In this document: positions 1-8,836 of the stretch, piece after piece
Layout: the number at the start of each line of letters is the position of its first letter
Numbering within the stretch: position 1 is the first letter of the stretch
Assembly: GCA_048882045.1 (NCBI GenBank)
Contig: JBHLRZ010000001.1
Coordinates: 32,001-96,000 of the forward strand
DNA: 64,000 nucleotides
Source: Candidatus Thorarchaeota archaeon
GTDB taxonomy: Archaea; Asgardarchaeota; Thorarchaeia; Thorarchaeales; Thorarchaeaceae
Direction: 5' to 3'
Notes under the pieces: generated by a model
The model's input: only the letters and a program-made list of their open reading frames with translations
Told to the model about the DNA's origin: nothing
Database searches by the model: none
Program-made: the position numbers and the translations under genes

Positions 1-105
1 GGCCATAGTTTTCACTACGATTTCTGTCGTCTAACCATCGTAAATATCTATGTCAGGTAAGAGTGTAGGAAAACGGGACGGAATTTGTGCAAATTCAGAA
101 ACAGA

Positions 106-888
106 TTATTTTTCACAGATGAAGAACAGTATCGATGCTGATTTGTAGCCAGTAGACTCTAGTTGCTCCATGAGTTGCTTGGCTTCGTGTTCAAGATTCT
201 CTGCTCCTGGAATGGACTTTGCTCTTTGAAGATGCTTCTCAAGCTGTTCCCGACCTGTTTCAAGGTTGTACTCACTTCTCGGATCCTCACACCTTTGGGA
301 ATCATCACAGAAGATGCAATGCAATCCCCATGATGATTCAAAGGCTTCGACGTTACTCATTCCTAGTCCATGTACGAGGTCCATGAGATGCTTCCTTGAG
401 TATGTGTCATAGTGAGGGATGCCTTCTAGTCTGTCCAATTTGGCGTCCAAGTGATGTGTCAGTGTTTCAGTATGTTGAGCGTTATTCTGGTTGCCATCAG
501 AAAACATCTCCTGAATGAGTAGATGCCCACCTGGTCTGAGAACACGTACTATCTCTTCTAAAACTGCATTCACTTTCTCAAGATGATGGATGGAATATGA
601 TAAACAGACTGTGTCGAAGGTCGCATCATCGAACGTGAGCTGTTCGCCGTTCATGAGTTCAAAAGAAACGGATCCATCCCTGACAGCCTCTTTCGCCTTT
701 TCTAAGTCAGCTTCTGAGATATCTATTCCTACAAAAGATTCGTAGTCTTTCATGGATTTCATCAGTGTGGTGATAAAATCCCCATGTTGAGTGCCAACAT
801 CCAAGACTCTTCCACCTGAAACGGATGACAGTCTATCCCGAATCTTGAGAACTCCAGAGTTTCTAATGCTATCAGTCAGGTTCTCCAA
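106..888 (-). CDS. class I SAM-dependent methyltransferase
   Basis: VLDVGTQHG motif I, GIDIS, FDDATFDTV and RVLRPGG motifs. Confidence 0.85.
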   Translation of the reverse strand: MENLTDSIRNSGVLKIRDRLSSVSGGRVLDVGTQHGDFITTLMKSMKDYESFVGIDISEADLEKAKEAVRDGSVSFELMNGEQLTFDDATFDTVCLSYSIHHLEKVNAVLEEIVRVLRPGGHLLIQEMFSDGNQNNAQHTETLTHHLDAKLDRLEGIPHYDTYSRKHLMDLVHGLGMSNVEAFESSWGLHCIFCDDSQRCEDPRSEYNLETGREQLEKHLQRAKSIPGAENLEHEAKQLMEQLESTGYKSASILFFICEK

Positions 889-1175
889 CTAGATTCTCCC
901 TCACTCCGCCCGAGTATGCTTTGCCTTAAAGGCTATCTTATGAAAGCAAAAGCATGCAAACCACATCAGAATATCATACGTATGTATGAGGATAATGTGT
1001 TTTCTTGAGAAAATGCCACTAGGAAATTCGTACAGCAGCTCACTCATGCTTAGACTTATATATGTAAATAATAGCGCTTGGGAAAGCATTCTCCTTGGGC
1101 TGCTATTTTGCACATGTTTGTCCATGCATATCGGCGGCTATATTTCAAGGGGAACGACAAAGGTGATCAAACAAG

Positions 1176-2120
1176 ATGGCTAGACCAGTGCGTGCCAACC
1201 AGCAGCATCAGAAGGGCTTGGCAGTCTGTTCTGTTTGCGGTGGCAGTGATTTTTATGAAGACTTGACACGCGGCGAACACATTTGCACTTCATGCGGATG
1301 TGTATTGAACGAACGACTCCTAGACACAGGACCAGAGTGGAGGGCTTTCACAGCTGAAGAGAGAAATGCTAGAGCCAGAACTGGTTCTCCTATGACATTG
1401 ACAATGGCGGACAAAGGTCTTGCCACTACAATTGGCTGGAGCGATAGAGATGCGAATGGTCGTGCGATTGCTGCAAGCAGTCGTGCTGCGATCTACCGAA
1501 TGAGGAAATGGCAGATCAGAACATTAGTGCACAGCTCCCAGCACAGGAACCTCAGCATTGCTATGAGTGAGATGGACAGATTGACATCCCAACTTGGTGT
1601 CCCACATGAAACCAAGGAAACCTCAGCACTCATCTATCGAAAGGCTCTATCAAGGCGCCTCGTCAGAGGTAGGAGCATCGAGGGCATGGTGGCTGCAACC
1701 ATCTATCTATCATGCCGAATCCACAAGATTCCACGACAACTCGATGAGATAGTCACAGAGGCAAGGGTCAACAGGAAAGAGCTTGGACAGTGTGTCCGAC
1801 TCATTCTCCGCAATGTTGACGTCAAGGTGCCAATTCCTTCAGCAAACGACCTTATGCCAAGGATCTCTGCAGACCTTGGACTTGATGGAAAGACTGTCCA
1901 GACCGCGATGAACATCATCAACGATGCTAGAGAGAGAGGCATCACAGCTGGTAAAGATCCAGGTGGTCTTGCAGCCGCAGCCCTCTACATCGCAGGCATC
2001 ATCGAGGACGATAGAAGGACTCAGAGAGAGATTGCTGAGGCTTCTAATGTTACAGAAGTGACTGTTCGAAACAGGTATAAAGACCTGGCAAACAGCCTTC
2101 AGATTACAATCAAACCATAG
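1176..2120 (+). CDS. tfb: transcription initiation factor IIB (TFB), copy 1
   Basis: N-terminal CxxC..CxxC Zn ribbon, PEWRAF B-reader, GRS and GKDP cyclin repeats, EVTVRNRYK HTH. Confidence 0.97.
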   Translation: MARPVRANQQHQKGLAVCSVCGGSDFYEDLTRGEHICTSCGCVLNERLLDTGPEWRAFTAEERNARARTGSPMTLTMADKGLATTIGWSDRDANGRAIAASSRAAIYRMRKWQIRTLVHSSQHRNLSIAMSEMDRLTSQLGVPHETKETSALIYRKALSRRLVRGRSIEGMVAATIYLSCRIHKIPRQLDEIVTEARVNRKELGQCVRLILRNVDVKVPIPSANDLMPRISADLGLDGKTVQTAMNIINDARERGITAGKDPGGLAAAALYIAGIIEDDRRTQREIAEASNVTEVTVRNRYKDLANSLQITIKP

Positions 2121-2158
2121 TGGTTGGGATTTCTCCCAACTACTCCTTTCCTATTTTT
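2120..2158 (+). terminator. putative hairpin/U-rich terminator after tfb
   Basis: GTGGTTGGGA-TTTC-TCCCAACTAC inverted repeat followed by a pyrimidine/T-rich tract right after the stop codon. Confidence 0.5.
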
Positions 2159-2299
2159 CCATTAGATTCATTTGTGTAGAAAACTGACATCCTTAGGATT
2201 CAAATGAACAAGCTCATTCTCGCACTCTGTGGTTTCCCTATAGAGAGTGTGAGTGACATACTTCTCGATAGATTGAGAGAGTTATTTTGAGGAGATTTA

Positions 2300-2563
2300 A
2301 TGACAGACCTGTATCTAGAAGACTATGGGTCCAAAGAAAAGGAAGATATCTGTTGGCAAACAATAGGTGTTCTCTGTGTGGTCATAATTGGGTTTGTCTT
2401 GTTCTATATGGTCTATACATCACTCTGGGAGCTGATGCTTCCAGCAATTTCAGATCGTGGTCTTGAACTAACAAGTCTAGGATTGATTTTTGGAGTAATA
2501 TTAGTAGTCTATATTGTCAGAAGCAAGTCACTAGAGAAAAGGAAGATAATGGCGGCTTCCTAA
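2300..2563 (+). CDS. small membrane protein (2 TM)
   Basis: GAGGAG SD-like site upstream, two hydrophobic segments; its stop codon lies within the 3' end of the convergent tRNA-Sec. Confidence 0.6.
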   Translation: MTDLYLEDYGSKEKEDICWQTIGVLCVVIIGFVLFYMVYTSLWELMLPAISDRGLELTSLGLIFGVILVVYIVRSKSLEKRKIMAAS

Positions 2564-2640
2564 GAGAATCGAACTCTCAACGCTTGCACCTTCACGGGTT
2601 TGAAGTCCGTGGGACCAGACCACCGTTCCTGTAGAAGGCC
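2550..2640 (-). tRNA. selC: tRNA-Sec (anticodon UCA)
   Basis: Minus strand folds as 9-bp acceptor (GGCCTTCTA/TAGGAAGCC), 7-bp D stem with TGGT loop, 6-bp anticodon stem with loop CT-TCA-AA, long variable arm, 4-bp T stem (AGAG-TTCGATT-CTCT), discriminator G and encoded CCA: the 9/4 archaeal/eukaryotic tRNA-Sec fold. Confidence 0.92.
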
Positions 2641-2666
2641 AGGACTATCTGTGAAAGGGAACTAAT

Positions 2667-3314
2667 CTAAATGTAACGACCAATAATGTTCTGAGTTTCC
2701 CGTTTCCATTCTATACTCTTCTTAGCGAGTTCAGAAGCGATATTTCCAGGCATTGTTTCATCACGAGGAAGTGATTCGATTTTCGATAGCCATGCTGCAG
2801 TTGTGAGTGTGGTTGACGGGATACTCTCCTCACCCTCGGTTGCTTTGATTATCATCTCCCTCCCATGTGCCACCTGAACATAGACATCGTTCACAGGGGC
2901 TTTAGCGAGAATTTCTTTGATAACTCTGTCCCAACAGGTCTTTGCAACCAGTGCTTTCTTGAGTTTGGATCTGTCATTCTCAGATAATGCCTGATACTTT
3001 GAGAGTGTAGCATCCATTGCTTGGATGTGATCATCAACATAGACTGAGAGTGCGACCTCATCATGTCCCATTGCTGTTAGTTCAACAGCAGCCTGTGCTT
3101 TTGTCACTTGAATCGCAGCATGTGCTTCTTCACCTGCAATTCTGAGGGAAAACTTTGCAGACCCGTGGAAATCCTGACTCTCTGCCTCACTATGTTCTTC
3201 TAAAATCAGATTGGGTTTGGATGCAACAACATACCAAGCCAGTCTGAAAACAATGTCAGGATCAACGCTGCTGTAGTTGAGTTTGCGAGAGACCTCGGTC
3301 ATTTCTTCATTCAT
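2667..3314 (-). CDS. hypothetical protein between selB remnant and tRNA-Sec
   Basis: 215-aa open frame with GGAGG-like SD upstream; no recognised motif. Confidence 0.75.
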   Translation of the reverse strand: MNEEMTEVSRKLNYSSVDPDIVFRLAWYVVASKPNLILEEHSEAESQDFHGSAKFSLRIAGEEAHAAIQVTKAQAAVELTAMGHDEVALSVYVDDHIQAMDATLSKYQALSENDRSKLKKALVAKTCWDRVIKEILAKAPVNDVYVQVAHGREMIIKATEGEESIPSTTLTTAAWLSKIESLPRDETMPGNIASELAKKSIEWKRETQNIIGRYI

Positions 3315-3346
3315 TCGACTTGCCCTCCCTCAAGGGTTCCCCTAGT

Positions 3347-3740
3347 CTACTTACTGGCCTCCTTATAGAGTTTAGTTGTGGCTGTCTCCACATCGTTTTT
3401 TGAGGCGCCAATGGCTGCATTCATAACAATGTGTTCTCCAGTTTGGACCATTGGACCTTCATCTGCTGCAATAACAATGATTGCTCCATCAATAATGTTG
3501 GCACCAGCAACGACACTCCTGATAAGATCAGCGTGTCCTGGAGCGTCAACTAGAGTGACTGGAATCCGTCAAGTTCCAAAATTGTAAAGCCAAGATAGAT
3601 GGTAATTCCCCGTTTCTTGGCTTGAGGGTGTTTGTCCAGTCCAGCGGTTGAAACTTTCTTGCGCATTGCTTTTGCTAAGGCGTTTTACCATGGTCAATGT
3701 GACTCATGAGCCCAACATGCACTGGAACGAGACTACCCAT
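3347..3740 (-). pseudogene. selB: selenocysteine-specific elongation factor SelB/EFSec, frameshifted and truncated
   Basis: Manual translation gives three frames: MGSLVPVHVGLMSHIDHGKT / LAKAMRKKVSTAGLDKHPQAKKRGITIYLGFTILELDGF / VTLVDAPGHADLIRSVVAGANIIDGAIIVIAADEGPMVQTGEHIVM. These match the archaeal SelB G domain, with 1-nt losses near 3681 and 3560 and a stop after about 130 codons. Confidence 0.9.
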
Positions 3741-3825
3741 TTCTGAACTTCAAATGTGGCTGGTGGAATTGAACATAAAACCAGTGTCAGAGGACTTTAT
3801 TGGGACGATTGCTGAATCAAAGGCT

Positions 3826-4251
3826 ATGGTATCACGGTCGTTAGAGAAGATGTTGCTTATTGCAATAGGTCTCTCGACAGCAGTCATTATTGGTGTTCCA
3901 GTCTTGTTGTATGCTATTGAAACGATAAACACGACCACTCAGTTGCAGGAAGCACAATTGGCAGCAGAACTGATTCATAATGCCACAAACACAGTAGATA
4001 CTGGAATCTCCAATTCAACTGCAATCACCATTTGGATCCCCAGAGGAGCGGTTGTATCAGCTGTGGGGAACACTCTTACAGTATCTTTCGCAGAAATAAC
4101 AGAATCATGGACTGAAACATACAATCATGAAATATCAGTTGATGACCCTCCGTTTAATCCTGAAGGCCAATTACTCTATACGATAGAAGTTGTCATGATT
4201 GGAGATGTCATTCACATCGCCTTTGACGCAGTCCCAACATACCGTACTTGA
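3826..4251 (+). CDS. pilin-like secreted protein (class III signal-like N-terminus)
   Basis: Short basic leader, then SLEKMLLIAIG hydrophobic helix and a beta-rich Thr/Asn-rich domain; start moved to ATG 3826 because the ORF-track start overlaps selB. Confidence 0.55.
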   Translation: MVSRSLEKMLLIAIGLSTAVIIGVPVLLYAIETINTTTQLQEAQLAAELIHNATNTVDTGISNSTAITIWIPRGAVVSAVGNTLTVSFAEITESWTETYNHEISVDDPPFNPEGQLLYTIEVVMIGDVIHIAFDAVPTYRT

Positions 4252-4325
4252 ACTCGATGGAGCACAACGTTTTTAATCTAGGCTCAGGTTCTCGCGCCAA
4301 CAGCACCCAGCGAGGACTGAATTCA

Positions 4326-5387
4326 ATGGCAGAAGATGCCGATTATGTCGATGAAACTAGCAATGACGAAGAAGAGTCAGAGCTAGAAGAAGACATTCTC
4401 GTGGAAGCAGAAGCAGAGGGGAAGAAAGAGAGCAGGAAATTTGTTCTTTCGTCGAATCCTCTCGGACTAATTCTGAATCTCAGAATGTTGCGAAGGATAG
4501 TCCAGATTGTGTTCTTCATCGGAGTGAATGGATACATTCTGCTGGCATGGTTCCATATGCCAAACGTCCAAGCATTCTGGCTGTCCATCTGGAATAATTT
4601 ACCATCTATTCCTATTCTTGCGCCACTTGAAGCTCCTTTTGCAGCTATAGCTGGGTCATTTGACACTTTACAGAGGGAGTTATCGTCTGGTATCTTTCCA
4701 TTCTTTACAATCGGTGCCATGCTGATCATTCTCATCATCGTTGGACGTGCTCCATGTGGTTGGCTCTGTCCAATAGGTACAATTCAAGACTTCGTGACTC
4801 TCCCTAAGAGGACCAAGACTCGACCAACACATAATGCGGAGAAAGAGCTGAGACGGGTCAAGGCGTACATTTTCGTTGTAGCAGCATTCTTCGCAGTCTG
4901 GGTGGGATTTGCACGTGCAACCGGCTCAGCAGATTCCCTAGAGGCAACTCTCGGCGATTTGTTTCGAGAAGACGTCTTTGCGCCTCTCAATCCAGCATAC
5001 ATTCTTTTCGTCGAGCTGCCAAAACAAGTGTGGCCTACAGATTTGAACACTCTCTGGTACTTCACTCAGTGGGGATTGCCATTTTTCCAAATGGCATTCG
5101 TCATTCTCATATTCGTCATTTCATTCTGGGTACCAAGATGGTTCTGTAGATGGGTATGCCCAGCCGGATGGCTCTATAGCGTCTTTTCTAGAGATGCTAT
5201 GATAGGAATAGGAAGAAATCCAGCGCGATGCACTCCAGACACGTGTAATGTCTGTGAGGTGGTCTGTCCTATGAATATCAGGATTAGGAAATTCCCATAC
5301 CAACACATGCACAGCCCAGATTGTATCATGTGTCTTGAGTGTAAGAGTCACTGTCCAAACAAAGCAATAGTAATCAGGTTTTCATAG
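4326..5387 (+). CDS. membrane 4Fe-4S protein, NapH/MauN-like polyferredoxin
   Basis: GRAPCGWLCPIG and RWFCRWVCPAG motifs, two C-terminal ferredoxin-type Cys clusters, multiple TM helices. Confidence 0.88.
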   Translation: MAEDADYVDETSNDEEESELEEDILVEAEAEGKKESRKFVLSSNPLGLILNLRMLRRIVQIVFFIGVNGYILLAWFHMPNVQAFWLSIWNNLPSIPILAPLEAPFAAIAGSFDTLQRELSSGIFPFFTIGAMLIILIIVGRAPCGWLCPIGTIQDFVTLPKRTKTRPTHNAEKELRRVKAYIFVVAAFFAVWVGFARATGSADSLEATLGDLFREDVFAPLNPAYILFVELPKQVWPTDLNTLWYFTQWGLPFFQMAFVILIFVISFWVPRWFCRWVCPAGWLYSVFSRDAMIGIGRNPARCTPDTCNVCEVVCPMNIRIRKFPYQHMHSPDCIMCLECKSHCPNKAIVIRFS

Positions 5388-5741
5388 ATCCAGTTGCTCA
5401 GACTTCTTGAGAACATCGTTGAAAGCGTCGTTTACTGAAGAGTAAAGATTCATGAGCTCTAGACCATGCTCTGTAACTCTGGCACCTCCACCTCCCTCCG
5501 TTCCACCCTTATAGGTTTCAACCAGAACCACATCGAGCTCTTTCTCTATCTTCTTGATGACACCCCAAGCATAACGATATGACATCCCGAGCTTCTTTGC
5601 ACCATTGGTGATGGTCCCTGCTTCATGAACTGATTTGAGTATGGCATATGCTCCAGGCCCGAAGATGTACTTGCCATCCCTCTCTAGCCACAACTTATAG
5701 TTTGGTTCTAACTTGAGGGTTCGTTTACCCTTCGGACTCAA
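5382..5741 (-). CDS. ModE-family winged-helix regulator
   Basis: IFGPG..ILK....GTITNGAKKLGMSYRYAW and GGTEGGGARVT signature. Confidence 0.88.
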   Translation of the reverse strand: MSPKGKRTLKLEPNYKLWLERDGKYIFGPGAYAILKSVHEAGTITNGAKKLGMSYRYAWGVIKKIEKELDVVLVETYKGGTEGGGGARVTEHGLELMNLYSSVNDAFNDVLKKSEQLDL

Positions 5742-5785
5742 TCAAACTCCTCCTAGAGGAATGTCTTGTCAACAAACAGTCTGAT

Positions 5786-6010
5786 TCAATGACCCCATCG
5801 AAGGCGTTCACCTTTTGTGTCTTTCTTGAATACTTTCTTCACTGTTTTCCAATGATCCGCACACAGGTAGATTGTCCTGGATTTTGCGTCCTTTACTTTG
5901 AGACTAGCATTAGCTACACTTTCAGCAATCCTGTCTCTTTTCATGGACCTCTTTGAGGGCTTTCTACAACCAACTATACTGCAAATCTTTTCCGTTGACA
6001 ATTCCGACAC
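5786..6010 (-). CDS. small basic Zn-binding hypothetical protein
   Basis: CSIVGC...YLCADH motif; GTG start chosen ~28 nt downstream of a TATA-like TTATAGTTATAA. Confidence 0.65.
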   Translation of the reverse strand: MSELSTEKICSIVGCRKPSKRSMKRDRIAESVANASLKVKDAKSRTIYLCADHWKTVKKVFKKDTKGERLRWGH

Positions 6011-6058
6011 TTCAAGACAGTACCACTTGTGAGGCATTATAACTATAACGCATGGATA

Positions 6059-7051
6059 TCAAGAGTTTGCATTCTTTGGAGTTATTACACCGCCCTTGGA
6101 GAAATCGAATAAGACTCTCTCATCATCTCCCAGTCGGAGTCTTACTGTCTTGGAATCATCAACTAATCCTATCACTGTTGATGTCAATTCATGTTTGGAA
6201 ACAATATCTTGGAGTTGACTCAGGTCATCTCTTTGTGTCGCTACGAGAAAACCAAGAGATATGTACATCCGAATCCAATCTTCTAAGTCGATATCAAGTG
6301 GTTTTGAGGAGTCGATTACATCGAGATCGATTGTTCCACCTCTGCCCGAGTATTCAAGCATCATCGCAGCAGTACCTATGACTCCTGCTACAGACACGTC
6401 CTTAGAGGCTGTGAGTATTTGTTCACTGGCAAGAGTATTCATGACAGAGAGTCTTTTGACCACTTCATCCGAAGTTCTATTCGTCACTGAGTCCCAACCA
6501 AGTGTGTAACTTTCTCCTCTTTGTCCTACTGTGTCGAAAATGAATACGAGCAAGTCATCAACTTTGGCACCGCCTGCTGTGAGTAGATGGTTTACTTTCA
6601 CGGTTCCAGTTGTAGATCCAACAACATATGTTGAACTAGATGCAGGATTCGTGTGGCCTCGTACAATCGGAACACGGAATGTATGTGATCCTGCAATCAG
6701 TCCATCAAGAAGGGCTTCACCTATCTCTGGGTCAGAATACGAGAGGGCAACAGCAAAAGACGTGGGTGTACCTCCAGCAGCATAGATATCCATCACATTG
6801 GCAAGTACAGCATTGAATCCAGCTGCTCGTGGATGATTTAGACACAGGTCCTCAACTATTGCGTCTGTTGTGAGCAAAACCGAGTCATCAGACCCGGTGT
6901 CAATTACTGCTGAATCTTCCCCTAATCCGTGAGGTGTATTTCCATTGAAGGATTCTAAACGTAGTTTGTCAATGATTGAGGGAAGAACGAACTTGCGAGA
7001 GATGCCATCAAAACTCACGAGGAGTTTGACTATCTCATCAAGACGGCTCAA
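6059..7051 (-). CDS. AIR synthase (PurM/ThiL/HypE)-related protein, methanogenesis marker 2-like
   Basis: GEDSAVI, TTDAI, NVMDIYAAGGTP, GHT and SKDVSVAG motifs. Confidence 0.85.
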   Translation of the reverse strand: MSRLDEIVKLLVSFDGISRKFVLPSIIDKLRLESFNGNTPHGLGEDSAVIDTGSDDSVLLTTDAIVEDLCLNHPRAAGFNAVLANVMDIYAAGGTPTSFAVALSYSDPEIGEALLDGLIAGSHTFRVPIVRGHTNPASSSTYVVGSTTGTVKVNHLLTAGGAKVDDLLVFIFDTVGQRGESYTLGWDSVTNRTSDEVVKRLSVMNTLASEQILTASKDVSVAGVIGTAAMMLEYSGRGGTIDLDVIDSSKPLDIDLEDWIRMYISLGFLVATQRDDLSQLQDIVSKHELTSTVIGLVDDSKTVRLRLGDDERVLFDFSKGGVITPKNANS

Positions 7052-7072
7052 ATCAAATCACTCGATGCCTAG

Positions 7073-7198
7073 CTATGGACCAGTAAGAAAACCTAGTGCA
7101 AATGCAGCTTGACCTAATAGGACACCAATTCCTAAGAGTGATATCCCGACCATGAAATAGATGAGTGCCCTCATGGAGGGACGGATTTCTTCGAACAC
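7073..7198 (-). CDS. 41-aa membrane microprotein (not in ORF track)
   Basis: AGGTGA SD 6 nt before GTG; translation MFEEIRPSMRALIYFMVGISLLGIGVLLGQAAFALGFLTGP; fills a gap in a co-oriented gene run. Confidence 0.6.
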   Translation of the reverse strand: MFEEIRPSMRALIYFMVGISLLGIGVLLGQAAFALGFLTGP

Positions 7199-7258
7199 TG
7201 CAGTTCACCTTTGCGTGACTGCGAATTGGGTGTCGCTTATAGACATTGTGCAACAAGG

Positions 7259-7564
7259 CTACTTTCTCTTTTCTCTGAACTTCTTCGCAATTTCCTTGGG
7301 CATCGCGTCGGGATAGGGGGCATCGAGTCTGACGTCAGATGTGACTTGTACAGGCTGTTTTGCCCTCATGCACTTCCCATCTTGCGACAACTTTCGTTCA
7401 GCGCACTTGGAATGAACGCACCATCCTTGGTCACATTCTTCGTCAATCCAAGTACACCATATTTCCTTATTGTTCCCGCGCTTCCTAATCTGTAGCGCCG
7501 GAGGTTTCTTCGTACAAATGAAACTCTTACAGAGAGCTGAACAATCTACATTACTGCTAGTCAT
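7259..7564 (-). CDS. Cys-rich hypothetical protein
   Basis: Eight Cys in 101 aa (e.g. IWCTWIDEECDQGWCVHSKC), GGTGA SD upstream. Confidence 0.7.
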   Translation of the reverse strand: MTSSNVDCSALCKSFICTKKPPALQIRKRGNNKEIWCTWIDEECDQGWCVHSKCAERKLSQDGKCMRAKQPVQVTSDVRLDAPYPDAMPKEIAKKFREKRK

Positions 7565-7595
7565 AGCTCACCGCTCCAATTTCGAATTTTGTCAT

Positions 7596-8387
7596 TCACC
7601 TCTTCTCAGCCTGACGGATTAGAGCTTCTAGTTTTGCTCTTCCGCCTTTCAAGATTCTGATGTTTCGCTCAAGTCGATACTTCGATGATTCGTATGTATC
7701 CCTTGATATGTCCCCAATTTTGAACTTGGCATTCACCCTACTGATTTCCTTCTCAAGATCCTTCAAAGTCTTCTTGATGCCACCATCCCACTTTTTCGCG
7801 GCCTTAATGGCATTCTTCAGATTCTTCCGGAGCTCTTTCAAAGTGGCAACAATCTCAGTCCTCTGTTCATTATAGACATCTTTGTCTACAGTCCCAGAAA
7901 TGCTATCGAGTTTTGAGAGTCGACTCTCATGTGTGTCAAGAGCCTCAATGAGTTGCTCAAGGACAAATGGAGTTCCTACTGCTTTGAGTTCTCTCCGACG
8001 AGTCTTTGTCTTTTCAAATTCCGACCGTAGCTCCTCAGCGCGAGTGGTCAAAACGGACTTGTCTGCTTGTTGAAGCTGGAGAGCTTGTCTAGTCGCTTTT
8101 GTCTTATCAATGAGAATGTCTAACTCCAAATCGACGACCTCAAGCTCAGCTCTGGCTAGTAGGACAATAGCAGCCTCATACTCCATGTCTGCGATGGTCA
8201 CATCAAAGTGAGGGTAAGAGGTCTTTGGAGTAGGTTCCAAATCGATAGGCATCTCGGGCTCTTCGACATCCGATGGCTCAGGAGATGGAGTGTCACCTGG
8301 ATGAAGCGGTTTACCACACAACTTGCAAAACCGTCCATCTGGGACTTCCATGTTGCAGAAAGGACACGTTACCAACGGTTCAGACAT
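7596..8387 (-). CDS. zinc-ribbon plus coiled-coil protein (CdvA-like C-terminus)
   Basis: CPFC..FCKLCG ribbon, Pro/Glu linker, long heptad-rich helices, KFKIGDISRDTY motif. Confidence 0.7.
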   Translation of the reverse strand: MSEPLVTCPFCNMEVPDGRFCKLCGKPLHPGDTPSPEPSDVEEPEMPIDLEPTPKTSYPHFDVTIADMEYEAAIVLLARAELEVVDLELDILIDKTKATRQALQLQQADKSVLTTRAEELRSEFEKTKTRRRELKAVGTPFVLEQLIEALDTHESRLSKLDSISGTVDKDVYNEQRTEIVATLKELRKNLKNAIKAAKKWDGGIKKTLKDLEKEISRVNAKFKIGDISRDTYESSKYRLERNIRILKGGRAKLEALIRQAEKR

Positions 8388-8449
8388 GGTTCAGGACCAT
8401 CCATAACCAAAGTTCTCGGGATCACGCCCGATTCAATCTTGCATTCTTT

Positions 8450-8767
8450 CTATGCCAAAGTACCTAATCGTACACTCACTTCATCTAGCTGTGCTTTAGT
8501 GGTGACAATTGTGCTTACACCATATGTAGGAAGTACTTTTAGCTCCTCCACAAGTAAAGCAATTGCCTTGTTCGCGTCAATCTCCTTTTGATCGAGTGAG
8601 CCATCAGGAAAAGTGAGGGATGCCTCGACCCAATTTTTCTTTGTTTCGTCAGAAGGAAACAGACAGTAGATGTAGTCTTCATTGCTGCAGATAAATGAAG
8701 GAGTATTCTCCCAGGCTTTAGCCAACAGCATACCAAAAGCCTTTGCATTTTCAGCCTTATCAGCCAT
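8450..8767 (-). CDS. hypothetical protein
   Basis: 105-aa ORF in co-oriented run. Confidence 0.7.
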   Translation of the reverse strand: MADKAENAKAFGMLLAKAWENTPSFICSNEDYIYCLFPSDETKKNWVEASLTFPDGSLDQKEIDANKAIALLVEELKVLPTYGVSTIVTTKAQLDEVSVRLGTLA

Positions 8768-8836
8768 CAGGATTCATCCTCGGGGGCTAGATGTTAGCAA
8801 GGACAATGAAACTGCGAACTTAAGGTTTTTGCGAAC

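Noticed and set aside
3378-3587. 69-aa plus-strand ORF, and the N-terminal extension of ORF 3706-4251
   Set aside because: Antisense shadows of the selB remnant.
3347-3740. Programmed frameshifting to make a functional SelB
   Set aside because: Two shifts would be needed, no slippery run is evident, and most of the protein is missing anyway.
6059-7051. PurM-fold gene as selenophosphate synthetase SelD, given the nearby sel locus
   Set aside because: Lacks the N-terminal (U/C)xxK motif of SelD; motifs fit the AIR-synthase-related/marker 2 family.
7053-7256. 67-aa ORF in the track
   Set aside because: No protein-like features; an alternative frame with an SD and a TM helix is more plausible.
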